A DNA stretch of 64,000 bases. Source: the human T2T-CHM13v2.0 reference genome, Homo sapiens. The DNA lies in the NCBI RefSeq assembly GCF_009914755.1, contig NC_060925.1, one strand, 5' to 3'. Each line of letters begins with the position of its first letter. The stretch's first letter is position 1. A model generated the notes under the pieces. That model was not told where the DNA came from. It did no database searches and saw only the letters and a program-made list of their open reading frames with translations. Of this stretch, positions 34,021 through 59,769 are shown piece after piece. The translations under genes and the position numbers were made by a program.

Positions 34021-37000
34021 CCAAGCTGCCAGCATACTGGCCTGGGGCCATGCTGTCACTTCTTTCACCTTCTGCTTCCCATATGGGATCTCAAACTTGG
34101 CACCCAGGGCTGAAGCTGATACCCCCAAATCATGCCCTGTGGCCCTGCTCCAGATTCGGAAGGGTCTGATGACCAGTTTTTCAGCAAATATTGTTTTGAC
34201 AATTCCAAGCAGATAGCTTGCTTTGAACGTTTTTAAAAAGGGATTTTCTCCAAACTCTTTTTTTTTTTTTTCATCCGCAAGAAAAGCAGTGTCCCTTTAA
34301 ATAGAAATTGAATTCAGTCCACCGGTAGAGAAAGACAACAGGTTCATGGGGCAACTTACTATCATAGCTTCCCCAAGTCGATTTGTGTACGACTGTTATT
34401 TTCTGGTTCTTCTCAGAATGTTACTTGTAAATGGTATTTGCCTTGATACAGATTTCGGTGGAGAAGTAATTAGTTTACAAAGAAGAATTCTCAGCATGTG
34501 GATGTAGGCTTAATTGAGTCCTCATGGTGTTTTACAATTAGCTTCTCTAGCTGTGGGATTTCAAGAAATATGTGAGGTAGCTGATGACACCCAAGTTGTC
34601 TTAACATAACTGTACACCTTGCACATGCTCTTGTTTACAGATGTGGAATGATTGCTTTCCACAAGCAGCTGACTGATGTAAACACTGGGGATTTTCTTCA
34701 AGTTTAAAAGCATTAAGGAATCAAAGTAAAAATTTCTTGGGTATATTCTTATAAAATGAGCCATAGAGCATAGGAGTAATTCATTCATTCATCAGTTATA
34801 TATACTATGTGCCAGGAACATTTCTAATCAGTGAAGATAGAGCAGTGAGTAAAACAGACTCTAATCTATGCTGGATGAATCGAACTTGACCATTTTAACT
34901 TGAACTGTGAAAGCAAACAATTTTTTCTACACATAGATGGAGGAAAGGTCTCTTCAATTCACGTTACATACACTATACATTCTTGAATTAAAGAAAGTTT
35001 TTCCCCTTTGGCTATTGAAAAATATTTGACCAACTTAACATTAATGGTAACATAAAAATAGGAAAGGGATATTAAACCGAGTTGGTAGACTTAGCACAAC
35101 TGTGGCATTTGAATAGCTGCTATTTACAGTAACATAAGATGATGTACCTCCATTTATAGCAAGAAGATTGAGAGTCCCATATTGTTTACGTGTTTTCTGC
35201 TGTATTTCCATTTCTCTGTACTTGAACAAATAGACCCAGTTTACAACCTGCGCCATAATAGCTACTCAGTGTGAATCGATGTGAAGAAGTGAATTCATCG
35301 TTTAATGAAGATTTATCATCTTACTGATGGCTTTTGAAATTTGAATTTTCTTACCCTAAAGGTTAATTGTAAATACTCTTTGCAAGTTATTCAGAGGTTC
35401 ATCTGCAAAATTTTAAAAACCGACAGTGCATTAGCCTTAAATCTTCTTATGCTTCTCTGTTTTGCATTCTTTAAGTTAAATGTTAATAAAAGACCTAAAT
35501 GTATTTCTAACTGTCTTTCCTGGTTGGAGTATCATATATCAAATGAGCGTTTCAACTCACTTATCTGTTTCTTGGTTTATATTATGGAGTATTGGACTGA
35601 AGAACAAGATTTTTTTTTTTTTGCCCAATTCTGTTTTTAAAGAGATTTAGAAAAATTTCCTGTTATTTCTAAAGCAAACAGGATGAGTGGACTGGTTATA
35701 AACTAGAATGCTTGAGGATTCATGAATATCAAATTTCTGGTGATCATCAAATTTAAGTCTATGCTAAGTTGTTTTTCACACCATCTATTGCCCATTTTGT
35801 TTCTCAACAACATGTGGCCAATTTTGGATTCATTAAACAGAGAGCCTTGTTTTTTTTCTGGGGCCGTGTTGACAGTTTTGATAACCACTGTCTACTGTTT
35901 CATAGCCAAACCTTTCATGGACTTACTATTTTCATGTTCTCAGTCTGTACAACTTTCTGAGCCTTGGCATAGGAAGGAGGCAGCTGTGGTGAAAAGCGCA
36001 CTGGACTGCAGGAATCAGGAGACCCAGGATCAGACTCAAAATCCCAGCTCTGCTGCTTTAGGCAGACAGGGCATCCACAGCTTTGAGCCCCAGTTCTCCC
36101 ACCTTCAAATGAGTTTTGAGGACTAAAGGAGATATGTACAGTTTGTGAAATGCTTTATAAATCCTAGTGTAGTTTACAGATACTATTTACCATGTTGTTG
36201 CTATCACAGTTTAACGTGTGGTTAATTTTTTAAGGAGGCAGGAAATACTGTAAGATTTGGTGCAACTGTAAACAAAAGTTGAGTAGCCAAAACAAAGGGT
36301 CAGTTGCTGTTTGGTCTTGCTTTAAAAAATCCTGTTGTGGACTCACTTTTAAATCATGGGCTGCAGTCCAACAACTGTTACTGAGGTGACTGTCAAATGA
36401 TATCATTTATTGTGAGTATCATGGCTGTCTTGGAATTCTGTTTCGGGGTGAGATGCAAGGAAAATTAATTTTAGACATTATGTTAATGTAATCTGCATTT
36501 ATACATATAAAACATCATTTGAAAAGTGAAACATGCTATAGAAATATTTTAGTCCAGTTAATAATTAAAAATAGGAGAAAGGAAATAGGAATAGTGATCT
36601 TTTCATCTTACTAGGGGCTAAAGTTCGATGTAGTTTTAAAAAAATCTGACCCAGCCCAGAGCCTGACAGAGTCGACATTCAGTGTTCAATAAATGTTGAG
36701 TGAGTAAATTAATAAATGAATATAAGCTAGTCCATTTCATTCATGAAGTGCCTACGTTGTTCAGGGAATTGCGGAGGATACAGGATAACACATGGCTCAT
36801 TGTCTTCAAGGAGTTTACAGTCTAGTAGGCCGTAGTAATACCATCTTAAATTTGTACAGTGGTTTAGAGTTTCCAAAGAACTTTAAGTTCTGTTCAAGTA
36901 AAAATATTTCTGTTGTGCTAAATTTTAGCTTACTGTTTTAGTGGTTCATCTGACACATTAACAGCTGTATTTTGCTCTGTGCTATTTTATGATAAAGTAG

Positions 37001-39479
37001 ACAGTTGCCACTATATGAGGGAGTCTTTTCTATCTCAAATGAGATAGATATGAAAGTACTTTAAAAATTATGAACATAAGTTATTAAGTACCTAACTCTT
37101 ATATTTCTAAGGTCCTTTGGTTTTCTGGGCTGGGTTCTCTCCTTGTGTCTGCCTAGACACATGTGCACCAGACACTCCCGATAGTAATATCTCATTGCAG
37201 GCAGTGATTTTCCAGGTGAGGTGAGGTTAGGGTACTATGTAGTTTTTAAAAGCCTTAAGGGGATTCTGTATGGTTTACCCCTACCTCTCACCCTGCCATA
37301 CTTTCCACTCCCTTCCCTCAGAGAATTACTGACTTTATAATATAAAAATGAGGAGATAAGATGTGGTAAGTAGAAGAAGGAGGCAGAAACATTTATGTTT
37401 AAAGTATACATATATTCCAAATCGCTACAGTTAAATGGTTATTTATGCAAGTAAATATAATACGAATTTTAAGTAAGGTATATGTTTTAAGCTTCTGGGA
37501 ATGATTTTATATCTGTGTTACTGGTGGCTGAAGGAAGTACCCTTTCACTGTGTATTTAAGACTGCTTCCTGTCTTCATGTACTGGATTCTGCTTGTAGTG
37601 CTGTGTGAAGCTTAGGCAGTGCAGTATTGTACCTGACTGTCATATTTTTGCAGCTTAATGCCTTAAAACTAGGACTAAGAACTCAGCACTGGTGTATATG
37701 TTATTATTTCCCATTTTTATTTCAGAGAAAAATTCTCTGGTCCTTGGGGCTCCTCAAAAGTGACTTTTTAAAGTGATTAAATTTTGCATTCTTCTCAACT
37801 TCCCAATTTCCTTTTTCAGACCCTTGTCTACATCTGATCTCCAGAGGTTTCATTTGACTGCTTTTTCTGCCTCCTTAATGATGTTTTCTAAGCCTAGTTT
37901 TAGACTCCTTTGGGCTATGCTTATTAAAGTCACTGCAGGCTGTCATGACCCTTGGCTGCCTTGATTGTACATGTGTTCTGCAACTGAAACCCCAGATACC
38001 TGTGTTGCAATCTCATAGCCTAAAAGCATTTTGGTAATCTTGGTAGGCTTTAACTTTAACAATCCTGGACCTGGCACGAAAGTGATAGATTCTGTATTGT
38101 TTTAGAGGAGTGTTGGGGAAGGAGAAATTGAAATGTTTTCACTAACCTGTGCAGTGAAGTGTTTATTAGCTAAACTCTTCTATTTGTGGTTTTCACAAAA
38201 TACACTTTAAAAATCGGCCACACTGGGATGAAAAAGCACTTTCCTCCAACTTTCATTATGATTCTTCCTGTCTGAGCAGTCTTGGCAGTTTAGTTTCATT
38301 AGGTGTTTTGAAAATCCCTTTAAATTGCTGCTGGGTTGAGGAGGGGAACAGGAGAGAACGTGATTCACTTCACATTATTTGCTTAAAAGCTTCCTGTTTT
38401 ATCATTGATAGTCTCCTTTTTCTTCACATCGATTCCTCATGGCCTCTCTTGAACCTCACTAGATTTAGAGATTGATCTTAATGGTAGGTTTAACAAATAA
38501 TTATTTACATTTTCTTACTAGTTATATGCTTGTATATATCTCATGGACCCAGTCCATGTTCTGTAAGCATTTATGTTCCTAGAATCTTTTTCTTTGGCCA
38601 TTTCTCCCAGATCTCCCCACTGATACTGTTAACCCTTTGGGGTTTTATGTATATAAAGTGCACTTTGTTTTATCTGTTTCTAGGCTACCATCTTGTGGAG
38701 TTTGGAGGGCAAGTAGAAATTTCACAAACATAGTTAAGTGAAATACTGTAATTAGGTTACTTTTCTTCATAAAATTTAGTGTGCTCTTCAGATATACTGA
38801 TTAGTTTATCCCCAGGCTTACTAGATTTGGGCATAATTATTTTACTTGGCTCTTGCTCAAGAATTAAGTCCAGAAGAAAAAGAAGTTGGCTGTCCAGCAA
38901 GCTGCATAAGTAGGATGGTACATACAACAGTAGATACACATATCCTTGTTAGACTTTTTCCACTGTGGATTTCTTCAGATGCTTAAGTAGTGACTTTTCA
39001 AAGCCTCTCACCTTGCATCCTGGCAATGGAAGCTTGAAAAAAGTTAATCAACTTTTAGAGAATATTGAGGCTCTGTATCTTTAATTTGACATTTAACCGA
39101 CATCAAATTGTCTCAGCTGATGAGCCTTCCAAGGCACTTGTCTTCCCTGGCCTTTGAAGACAGTCATAGTACTGACCTTGATTGCTTTATATTTTTTTCT
39201 CTGCTGCCTTTAAGGATGATATGCCCACTTTGAGTCATGGGATTGTGGCACCAAAAATAATGTATCCCTCACCCCATCTCCTCTGTTGCCTTCTCTTTTT
39301 CAGAGCTTTTGCATTTAGTGATTAAAATGGTGTGACTACTCCACTTTCATATATCTGTTCATATCACTGATGAGTTTGAGCTGTTTAGGACCGATCTCCC
39401 ACTCAGCACAGAGGAGTGGCTAGAAATAATCTCATTCTGTTTTTGAATCATATTGTTACGTTGTTCATCTTCAAAACAC

Positions 39480-41760
<2,281 letters not shown>

Positions 41761-42029
41761 AAGGGCATATTTCACACTGTTAGATTTGTCATTGCAGTGG
41801 CTGCACATGTACGCGCGCGTGTGTGTGTGTGTAATTGACACTAGAAAGGTTCCCTTTGCAGTATGCAGGAGGCCTAGAATAGAAAAAAGAAATATAGAAC
41901 AGCTTGGTCTTCTCAGCCTGCTCCCCTTTTTTGGATTTTATACAAGGAGGTGCCTGCAGAATGCAGCAGTGGTTCCAGTTTATTTTATGTTAAGGCTCAC
42001 ACACAAATTTCTGTTTTTTTTTTTTTTGT

Positions 42030-43225
<1,196 letters not shown>

Positions 43226-43538
43226 AGAACCACCGCTGTCGTCAGAGCCAGTGGCAGGTAGGCCAAATGGAGTGATAGTCTGGCACCCAGAACAAGGCTT
43301 ATTAAATTAGTTTCTTCATAGTGAAGAACATTCAGAACAGATGGGAGCAGGTTCATGGTAATCGTTCAGGCAGAAGCTGCATTGGTTATCTTGGTTGTTG
43401 TTGCTTTGTCCAGACACCTTCCCAGTCAGTCACCTGTGTGTCATCTCTCCCTCTATATTCGTTGTAAGTATGTGCTTTGGTAAAAGTCCTACTGTCAGTC
43501 CTAAACACTTTTCTACATTACAGATCATTCATTCAACA

Positions 43539-43858
<320 letters not shown>

Positions 43859-46279
43859 TAAGATCCTGTAGTCAGAGTACTGTGCTGGGCACTAAGGAGA
43901 TAAAACAGGGAACAAAATGGGCAGCTCCTTTTTTCTTGTGGACTTTACATCCGAACAGTTAATTACACAAAATATTATTTAATTATCATTGTGATTCAGT
44001 GTTCTTATAGTACAGGATGCTACGTGAATATGTAATGGGGTCCTAGTCTTTACTTTGGGGTTAGGGCGGCTTATTGTGAGGAAGTGATATTTGTGCTGTG
44101 TGCCGAAGGATGAGTAGCTATGGAAGTGCTTCATTTAGTTTTAATTGTACTTAGGTAGGGATCTTGGCTTTGACTCAGAAAGAAATGTAGAAAAATGGAA
44201 GAACTAACCCTGAACAGTTTGAATGTTCCCAGTTATGAGAAGGACAGTCAACCATTTGGTGATAAGTACGGATTATCTGATTAGGGCATTGTCTTTTTTC
44301 TGAGACATCCTGTAATTGAGTGGAAATTCCATGACAATGAGAAATTTATGTTATATACCAGTGCTTCTAAAATTTGATTGTATGCGCAAGTAGCCTAGGG
44401 ATCTGGTTAAAATGCAGGCTTAGATTAAATAGGTCCTGAAATTCTGCTTTTCTAAAAAGCTAATATGTGATGGTGATTCTGCTAGTCCAGAGACCAATAC
44501 TTTGATTAGCAAGGCTGTAATTAACAAATGGCCAGTGTGAGACTTCAGGTAGAGTACAAGCCAGATAAGGGGCTGAACGAATGTTCTAGAGGTGATGTCC
44601 AGTAGGGAGAGGTATTGGATAACAGAAAAGATAAAGCAGTTTGGTCTAGGAAGTATGGCAGATACTGAATGCAAAAGGTGACTCACAGTTGCCATTACTG
44701 AGAGGACAGGAAAGCTGGGATTGAGATGGATGGCTACTAGCAGAGCCAGTAAAATATTCCACAGACTCATTTCTGTAGTGAGGACCAAATGAACTAAATG
44801 GCCATTAGTCTGCCTAGGGAAAAGGTCAGGTACTAAGGATTGATGGCCAGCTGGTGGTAATTGTGTGGGCTCCAGAAAATGATCTAGATGATAAGCAGCT
44901 AGAGATACTGGAGAAAAGGTGCACTTTACTTGGAATAAGAAGAATGTTGAATACTGCTTCTCATTAATCATAGATGATTAATCTATGGATGGAGAGTACT
45001 GCTAAATGGATTGAGGTAAAAAAATGGTTGTAAATGGCAAAGGTAGGAATAGAATGGGGGGAAACCTTATAGATAATATTCACTTTGATAGAGTCACCAC
45101 CATTAAGCCTAACAATTGCATAAGACTGCTTAATTTCATTGGCACTCGGAAGCTTACAAGACCATCAGAAGATGTTATTCATTTGCCCTTGTTTCAATAT
45201 ATTATTTTGGAAAATATCTTTTTGTTGCAGTTATGCTTTAAAATTTTGTTTAAGATACAGTATAGTTATTAGCAAATTTATTTGGATCAGAGAATCAAGG
45301 TAACATCAAATTAGCCATGAGTCATATAATGAACTGTGTATAAAAGTATTTTATATTTAATCATATTTTCTTCATGGTTTAAAAGAAATATTTTAGAATG
45401 CCATGATGGCTTAAATCCCTGTCTAATTTTCTCATCCCTTGGAATGTCATCTCTTTAGATTTGGCAAAAATCTTATGACCTTCAGAATATGAAAGGAGAG
45501 GAATTAGGGCTTTTACTGTGATGAGCAATTAATTTAGGTTACTTGTCTTTAACTTCTGTACATGTACCTACAGAAGGATAAGAGGCATGATTTACTGATG
45601 GAGAGGGCTAAGTGAATACTGAATCAGGCAGCTGTCTTAAACTTCTAAAACCTCTAAGACTAAAATGACTTAATAGAATTCAAGATTAGTCTTAGAGAAA
45701 GGTTTGTTAATTAGGTTGTCTCTTGATTTTGGAGGCAGGCCTGCCTGAAAGGAGAGCCAGAGGAAAGTTGAGGGTATGGCATACGTTTGTAAAAGATCAA
45801 GTTTTCTTAGATACCTGTACTTCTAAACTGTGACTCAGTAAGAACTGGGTGTCAAGGAACATCAAAGGTATGAAAGCAGTTGTTTGAAAAGAAATTATCA
45901 AAAGGAACCCCGCCTTAAAGTTATGCAATTGAAAAAGAATAGTCACTAACAAAGATGGTAATTTTTGAACTACGTTAGTTTTAAATGATTGAATTATTAA
46001 AAAGTACGTATTCAACAGGCTACCATTCTTTGGATAATCCTATCTAAATAGTGAAGCGGAGTGTTGCCATGGCAGGATCTGACTGGGGTCTGACTGGGAT
46101 CCTGCCATGCCTTGGGGGCATTTTGGGCAGAAAGCAATTGGTGGTACTCTTTCTTCTCCACTTTGGGAATGGTAAGGACTAGACCTGATGGGGTACCCTT
46201 CATGTCTCATTCAGCTACATTCCAGAGATAGCTCCATGGGGAAAAGGATTAATCAGGAAAAATAATATATTTCCATGCC

Positions 46280-47655
<1,376 letters not shown>

Positions 47656-49103
47656 AGATTGCGTTCTTTTGTGATTTGCTTTGGATTCCTTTATGGCATA
47701 CCTCTTAGTAGAAACTTATTATCAAACCTAAAGAAGTTCTAAGGATAAATATTAGAAATCGACCCTAGATGACAAATTATGTATCACTGTGAATACTGTA
47801 TCATTGAGGGTCAAATGTTTCTGTTCTTGACATCTCTTGCCTGAATGGCTTCAAAGGGCACAAAATAAATCCTCAATGCTGGATCCTACTTTTTTTTTCT
47901 TTTTTCTTTTTTTCTCTTTTCTTTTTATTATTTTACTTTAAGTTCTTGCTTTTGTTTTTGTTTTTTTCCTCCAAGTATGTAAGTCTTTTGTATCTTATTG
48001 GAATATATTTCAAAATTATTTATTAAAAATCTCAATTTTGTTGTTTTTTTAAATGACTAATTTGATCACATCAGTATTGGAATATTTGTATTACAAAATA
48101 CCGTGCAAGGCTTTATCCCAAATGAAAGTGAATTTTAGGTATTTCCATTTTGTATATTGTGGAAAATATTTTTTAATACCTAAATTTGACCTCCAGAATT
48201 GGCAGGATTAGGAGCACAGAAATAGAGGCTTGTTAACAAGTAGAATCTAAAGGATTCTATTGTCCATTATGCAACTAATGAACTGGAAAATTGACCTATA
48301 GAGTATATGAAAAATAATATTTTTTTTCTGTGTCCTTGTTTGACCTACTGCAGTGGTTACATATGTGTCCTAACTGGCTTGTCTGAGTGTTTCTGTTTAA
48401 CACAAGTCCAGAGGGAACTGGGAACACACATTTATATCTCAGCTGGAGCATGGCTTAGATGTTTAAGGAGTTTTTTCTTTAATGTACATTTTTATGCCTT
48501 CACAGCCCTTGGTAGTGATTAGCATCTGCTCCCTAAGTTTGTTTCTGTCTATTTGGGGAAGTCATTTGGTTTTTGTTTGGTTAATGCAGATGAATACTAT
48601 ATACAGAGGCAAGAGGAAAAAAGGGGGAAAAAAAGACAGAATTCTTTAAGCATGTAAGGATGTGCGTCAAGAATTTCAAAGACTCTTCAAACAGATGTAT
48701 AGGGGTGGGGAAACAGCAAATTTGAAGCCTTTCAACTGTGACATTTTCTTCTAATGAAAAACAGCTTGAAAGCTGTAATTTTGAGAGTGTTGCAGTATTT
48801 TGAAGTCAGACACTTAGCACATTTTTAAAATAGTGGTGGGATTTAAATGGTTTTTTTCCATCTTAAGTAGAATTAAGCGTTTTTGGTATCATCTTATCTT
48901 GATAGTTTTGGGTCTGAGAATGAACACCAGAGCATTTAAAATGCAGATGGGCCACGGCAGCATCTCTTTTTTGTGCTTTATCTCCATTGTTTTCATGATA
49001 TATGGAGGTATTTTTTTGTCGTTTTAAACAGAAACAGTGAATTTTCTATTTCTAGTTATTCACAAATGACCTTAAATTAATTCTTTATTTTTATATTTTG
49101 CAG

Positions 49104-49245
49104 TACATTTTTATACCTGAAATTCCTGGTGGTGTGGGCACTTGTCCTCCTAGCAGATTTTGTCCTGGAGTTCAGATTTGAATACCTGTGGCCATTCTGG
49201 CTTTTCATCAGAAGCGTCTATGATTCCTTCAGATACCAGGGACTG
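49104..49245 (+). CDS. MACO1: MACO1 exon 2
   Basis: TTTTGCAG acceptor and GTATGT donor; 142 nt; in frame with exon 1: TFLYLKFLVVWALVLLADFVLEFRFEYLWPFWLFIRSVYDSFRYQGL. Confidence 0.96.
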
Positions 49246-49640
49246 GTATGTCTGGTAATACATGTTTTCCATGTGTGGGGACCATTCAGCTGTTTAGAGT
49301 AGATGTTATTAGCAATACTCAGGTAACTATGTTAGGATTAGCTAATAGGGTCTGTTAACTGAAATTGACCTCTAAACTATTTTGTCTAAACCCATTGATC
49401 AAATAGTTACATTTTCTCCTCCTCTCCCATTCCAGTGAAACAGAACAGTGGAGGAAGCAATAATTACTCAGGCTTTTGGAGGGCGGCAACCTAGTCTGGG
49501 GATGGCATATTCCCTCCTCTTCCATTTCCCATTGCAACCATAAAGGCCGTTCCTACCTTAAAAAAAAAAATTGCTCAGTCCTGCTTTGAAGTGTTTCTGG
49601 GTTCCCTGTTGCTAGGTTAGTGATTGGATTGGAGTTAGAG

Positions 49641-50150
49641 TAGTGTTTCAAACGTTTTGGTCTCAGGGCCCCTTTTCACTCGTAAAAACTATTGAGGACT
49701 CCAGAGAGCCTTTGTTAATGTGGCTTATATCTATCCAGATTTACTGTATTAGAAATTAAAACTGAGAAAAATTTAAAATACACACTTATTAATGCACTTA
49801 AACATCATAATAAGCCCATTACACGTTAATAGAAATTACATTTTTAAGTGAAAAATAGTTATATTTTCTAAAACAAACAGAATATAGAAGAGTGGCTCCA
49901 TTTTTGTAAATCTCTTTAATATTTGGCTCAATGGAAGACACCTACATTCTCATATCTGCTTCTGAAGTCAGTCTGTTACTGTATCACATGTCATGTAACT
50001 TACAGAAAATTCCACCATATGCATGAGTGAGTGTAAAAAAGGCAGATAACATCTTAGTATTGTTATGAAAATAGTTTTAACCTCAAAGAGCCCTTGGAGG
50101 GATCTCAAAGACACCCCAGAAATCCCCAAACCACATTTAGACAGCTGCTG
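49641..50150 (+). mobile_element. Charlie1-like hAT DNA transposon deletion derivative
   Basis: TTTTGGTCTCAGGGCCCCTTTTCACTCGTAAAAACTATTGAGGAC...ATTAGAAATTAAAACTGAGAAA. Confidence 0.72.
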
Positions 50151-50355
50151 GATTGGAGCAAGCATAGGCCTGGGCTTGTTCCCTTGATTAATGTGTTAAT
50201 TCTGTTGTGTTCTACAGCCACATCTTAAAACTATAACTCCCACCCAGGCCTGGTGCTTTGGTCAGAGCAAATCTATGCTTTAAAAAGATAGTTTCGGCTT
50301 ATGTTCTATTGGCGGTAGTGGTGTCCAGAGGAAAGCTGCATTATTAAAATTATTA

Positions 50356-50389
50356 TTAGTTTGGTGCAATTACTTTTGCACCAACCTAA
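50356..50389. mobile_element. Internally deleted MADE1 (Hsmar1 MITE)
   Basis: TTAGTTTGGTGCAATTACTTTTGCACCAACCTAA flanked by TA. Confidence 0.75.
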
Positions 50390-50525
50390 TAGCATCAGTA
50401 TATTTCTTACTAATATTATGGTTCATCTGTGCTCCAGACAGCCTGTCTTTTAAGAATGAAGCTCTTTAGGAATGGTTTGTGAGGAGAGAGAAGACTTTTC
50501 TGTATTAAAATTCTAGTTTTTTCAG

Positions 50526-54317
<3,792 letters not shown>

Positions 54318-55037
54318 GTACCTATTTTTGATATGTTAAATTCATAAGAGTGGTTGAGACCATTAGCTGGCTTCACAGAGCATCCAGTGACAACTTCACT
54401 CAGGTACTAGGACTAAGGGAGGTTCTCCTTAGAAGCAGATTTAGTACTGTCTCTGTGAACTTGGGCCCAGTTTATTTAAACTCTGGGGTTTACTCTTCAA
54501 CAAAATGAGGAAGTTAGACAAAATGATCTTCCTAGTTTGAAGATACTATGATTTTTCTTTAGTTTCATCCCAAAGATCCTTAGCAAAAAGCCTTCAGGTC
54601 ACTGATTTTTTCCCCCTCGTGCCCATGTAGTCCACATTCATAAATATCCCGTTATTAGTCATGTCCTGATATAGATGGACCTAGCCTGCAGATTTTGATT
54701 CGAAAAGCCAGTGGACATTTGCCTTTATTTGCATCTTATTTTGTTGCAAGTTGCTTTTTCCTCCCTTGAAAATTGTTTTTAATTACAAAGGGAATATGAG
54801 TTTGTGCTTCAGAAAAAATTTTTTTGAACAGTACTTAAGTGTCAGAAACATTTCTTTGTCCTACAACTTGTTCTTACTTAAGGATTATTTTTTTTATGTC
54901 ATTCCATGACAATGCAGATCTTCCTCATTCTTTAGGAACCTTCAACATATTTCATTATATAGATTTATCATAAACAGTTTCCTGTTGATGAACATTTAAA
55001 TTCTAAATTTTTGCTATTGCAAATAATATTACGGTGA

Positions 55038-56062
<1,025 letters not shown>

Positions 56063-56602
56063 TTAAATTTAAATATACTGCCAAATTGCTATCTAAAATG
56101 GTTGTCCCAATTTATATTATTGCCGAGTATGAAAATGAACCTTTGCCCATACCCTCCCTATGCTATTATCTGTCTTTAAAAATTTTATCTAATAGTTAAG
56201 AAAATGGAATCTGATTGGTTTAATTTGTATTTCTCTAATCAGTAGTTAACATCTTTTTCTATGTTTTTTAGCCATCTGTATTCTTTTGTGACTCGTAAAT
56301 TATTTTCTTTAGTTAGCTTTTTATTGATTTGTAGGAGCTCTTTGTATGTCAGGGCTATGAATCCTTTGTTTTACATACATTGTAAATATTTTTTGCCAGG
56401 ATGTTTGTCTTTTATTTTTGTCAGCGATTCTGTGGAATCATTTGTCATATAAAAGCTTTCAGTTTGGATCAGTTTGCCTTTTAATTTAGTTTAGGTGAAG
56501 GTCTTAATGAAAGTTACTGTTGTCAAATTAGTCTCCCAAACAATCCATCTGTTAGTTACTATATCGTTTATTAATGCTTGCCTCTCTGCTGCTTTCTCAC
56601 AG

Positions 56603-56726
56603 AAAGGGGAGTGTGTTTGCCTACAGTGTCTCTCTGGATCCTCTTTGTTTATATTGAAGCAGCCATTAGATTTAAAGATCTCAAAAACTTTCATGTAGAC
56701 CTTTGTCGTCCATTTGCTGCTCACTG
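56603..56726 (+). CDS. MACO1: MACO1 exon 4
   Basis: TCACAG acceptor and GTAAGT donor; 124 nt; [40 protein letters not shown]. Confidence 0.96.
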
Positions 56727-56741
56727 GTAAGTATTACATAA

Positions 56742-57284
<543 letters not shown>

Positions 57285-58335
57285 TGAGTGAATCCCAGCT
57301 CTGTCCTCTGACAGCTTGTGTTGCCTTGTCACTGCCTCTAAGCCATGGTTTTCTTACCTGCCTCACTGGGTCATGGGAAAAAGGAACTGAAGTGATACAT
57401 GTATTCAACTTAATGCCAAGCACATAGGTGTCTGATGAATGTTAGCTATGTTTATTATAATCAGGTAATGATTCCAGAAGGTCTTGATGAAATATATGGC
57501 TAATTCATGAAACTTAAAATAATTTAGAATTTCCTTAGCCTATTTATAAAAGTAAGAGAATATTATTAATAATTTTTGAATGAATATTATTTCTCTTTAT
57601 GTTAATGAATATTAAGATATTATTCATTTAATCTTAACCATGAAACATTTTTGAAAAATGAGCTTGGTTCTTATTTAGATCTATTGTGGAACTTACCACC
57701 TAATGTATGTTTCTCCTAAACACACCAATTTTTACTAATATTTATGGCAGAAACCAAAATAAACAGTAATCAACTAAAAAAATACTGTTTCCAGTATTTT
57801 TAGTCTTTTTACAAACAAGTAAATTAAATGAACTTGGTCAGTAAAACATGTCACCGTAAGTTTGTAGTGAGACCACATTTAGACTAATTATAAATTGATA
57901 CATTTTCATGTTAGTGAAACTTATATGGGCTTGACAGTGTTTGCAGAGGCTTTGAAATGATGTTAGGCAGGCTGGTAAGTTCAATGAAAATATTTAACTT
58001 TCTATCCCAGAGATTAGAGTTCTAAGTACAGCTGGTTTAATTTGGTGATACAAACCAAATCTTGGCACTGATCATATCGGATACTTATTTAAATGATTCT
58101 TGAATTTATGTATGACAGAATTTATATATGACAGAGTGTTTGTGAACCAATCTTCAAGGAATAGCTGGTGACAGTACCCCTCAGGCAGCAAGAAGATTAA
58201 ATTAGTCACCTGAATTTGACCCTGCCTTCTAGTATTGAAAATCAAATGATGTCCTTGTGATTTTTTTTTTTAACACTTATGTTTACTTTTGGCTACCTGT
58301 AAAGTCTCTACCCTTTTAGTTTTTAAAAGCATACA

Positions 58336-58647
<312 letters not shown>

Positions 58648-59010
58648 CTAAGTTCTAATGCATAAGGCAGTTTCTTCAATATTTCTTCAAAGGCATTATT
58701 AGCCACTGTATCTGACAGTCACTGTGGTGACTCCTTGAATTAATTTGAAGAATGCCAACGTCTAATGGGAAGTGTCGTCTTACGGTCTAGCAGTCCTGTT
58801 GTTCCTGGGGGTTTTGTTCTGTGTGCCAGTTGCTTCTGATTTCCACAGTAGACATTACATTTATTTGTGTGTCTAGTGAATGCTCTTCTCAACTACCATC
58901 ATCAATTAGAATTTATTTTTAATTTTTAAGCCGTAGGTATTCTCATGTGCTTGAGGCACATGTGGTTCATTTTAAACCTACAATTACTGGCTGGATTGTC
59001 TTCTTTCTAG

Positions 59011-59189
59011 TATTGGGTACCCTGTGGTAACTTTGGGGTTTGGCTTCAAAAGTTACGTAAGCTACAAAATGCGGTTAAGGAAGCAAAAAGAAGTACAAAA
59101 AGAGAACGAGTTTTACATGCAACTTCTTCAACAAGCTCTCCCTCCAGAGCAACAGATGCTACAGAAGCAAGAAAAAGAGGCCGAGGAAG
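59011..59189 (+). CDS. MACO1: MACO1 exon 5
   Basis: TTCTAG acceptor and GTAGGT donor; 179 nt; IGYPVVTLGFGFKSYVSYKMRLRKQKEVQKENEFYMQLLQQALPPEQQMLQKQEKEAEE. Confidence 0.96.
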
Positions 59190-59467
59190 GTAGGTCTTTA
59201 CCCTAAAGCTGTTGGCTCAATAGGCTAGTCATTATTTTGTCTCTTGGTAGAATTTTCTTTTCTGGAAAAGTAGCTAGGATTTTGTTTTTTTCTGTCTAAT
59301 GGTGTTCCTCCTCAGGGTCATTGTTTTATTTGGTCAATGAAATACAGATGGTGAATGAAGTTTTTTACATACTGTCTGAAGACTATGTGTTTAAATATGT
59401 TTATTTTATTATTTTAAAATATATTTATATCTTTTTTATATTTTAATTCTGATTTTTTTTTAAATTT

Positions 59468-59769
59468 AGTTTTTTGAGACAGGGAGGGTCTCACTCTGTT
59501 GCCTAAGCTGGAGTGCAGTGATAACAGTTAGGGACCACTGCAGCCTCAAACTCCTGGGAGCAAAGTAATCCTCCCTCCTCAGCCTCCTGAGCAGCTGCTA
59601 CCATGGGCACGTGCCACCATGCCTGGCTAATTTTTTTTAATTATTTTTTTGTAGAGATGAGGTCTCACTGTGTTGTTCAGGCTAGTCTCGAACTCCTGAT
59701 CTCAAGCAATCCTCCCACCTCCACCTTCTGAAGTGTAGGGATTACAGGCATGAGCCACTATGCCCAGCC
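59468..59769 (-). mobile_element. AluJ
   Basis: Diverged antisense Alu. Confidence 0.85.

Noticed and set aside
32155-34216. Many overlapping Arg/Gly/Pro/Ala-rich ORFs on both strands
   Set aside because: They reflect stop-codon depletion in a CpG island; only MACO1 exon 1 splices into a coherent protein.
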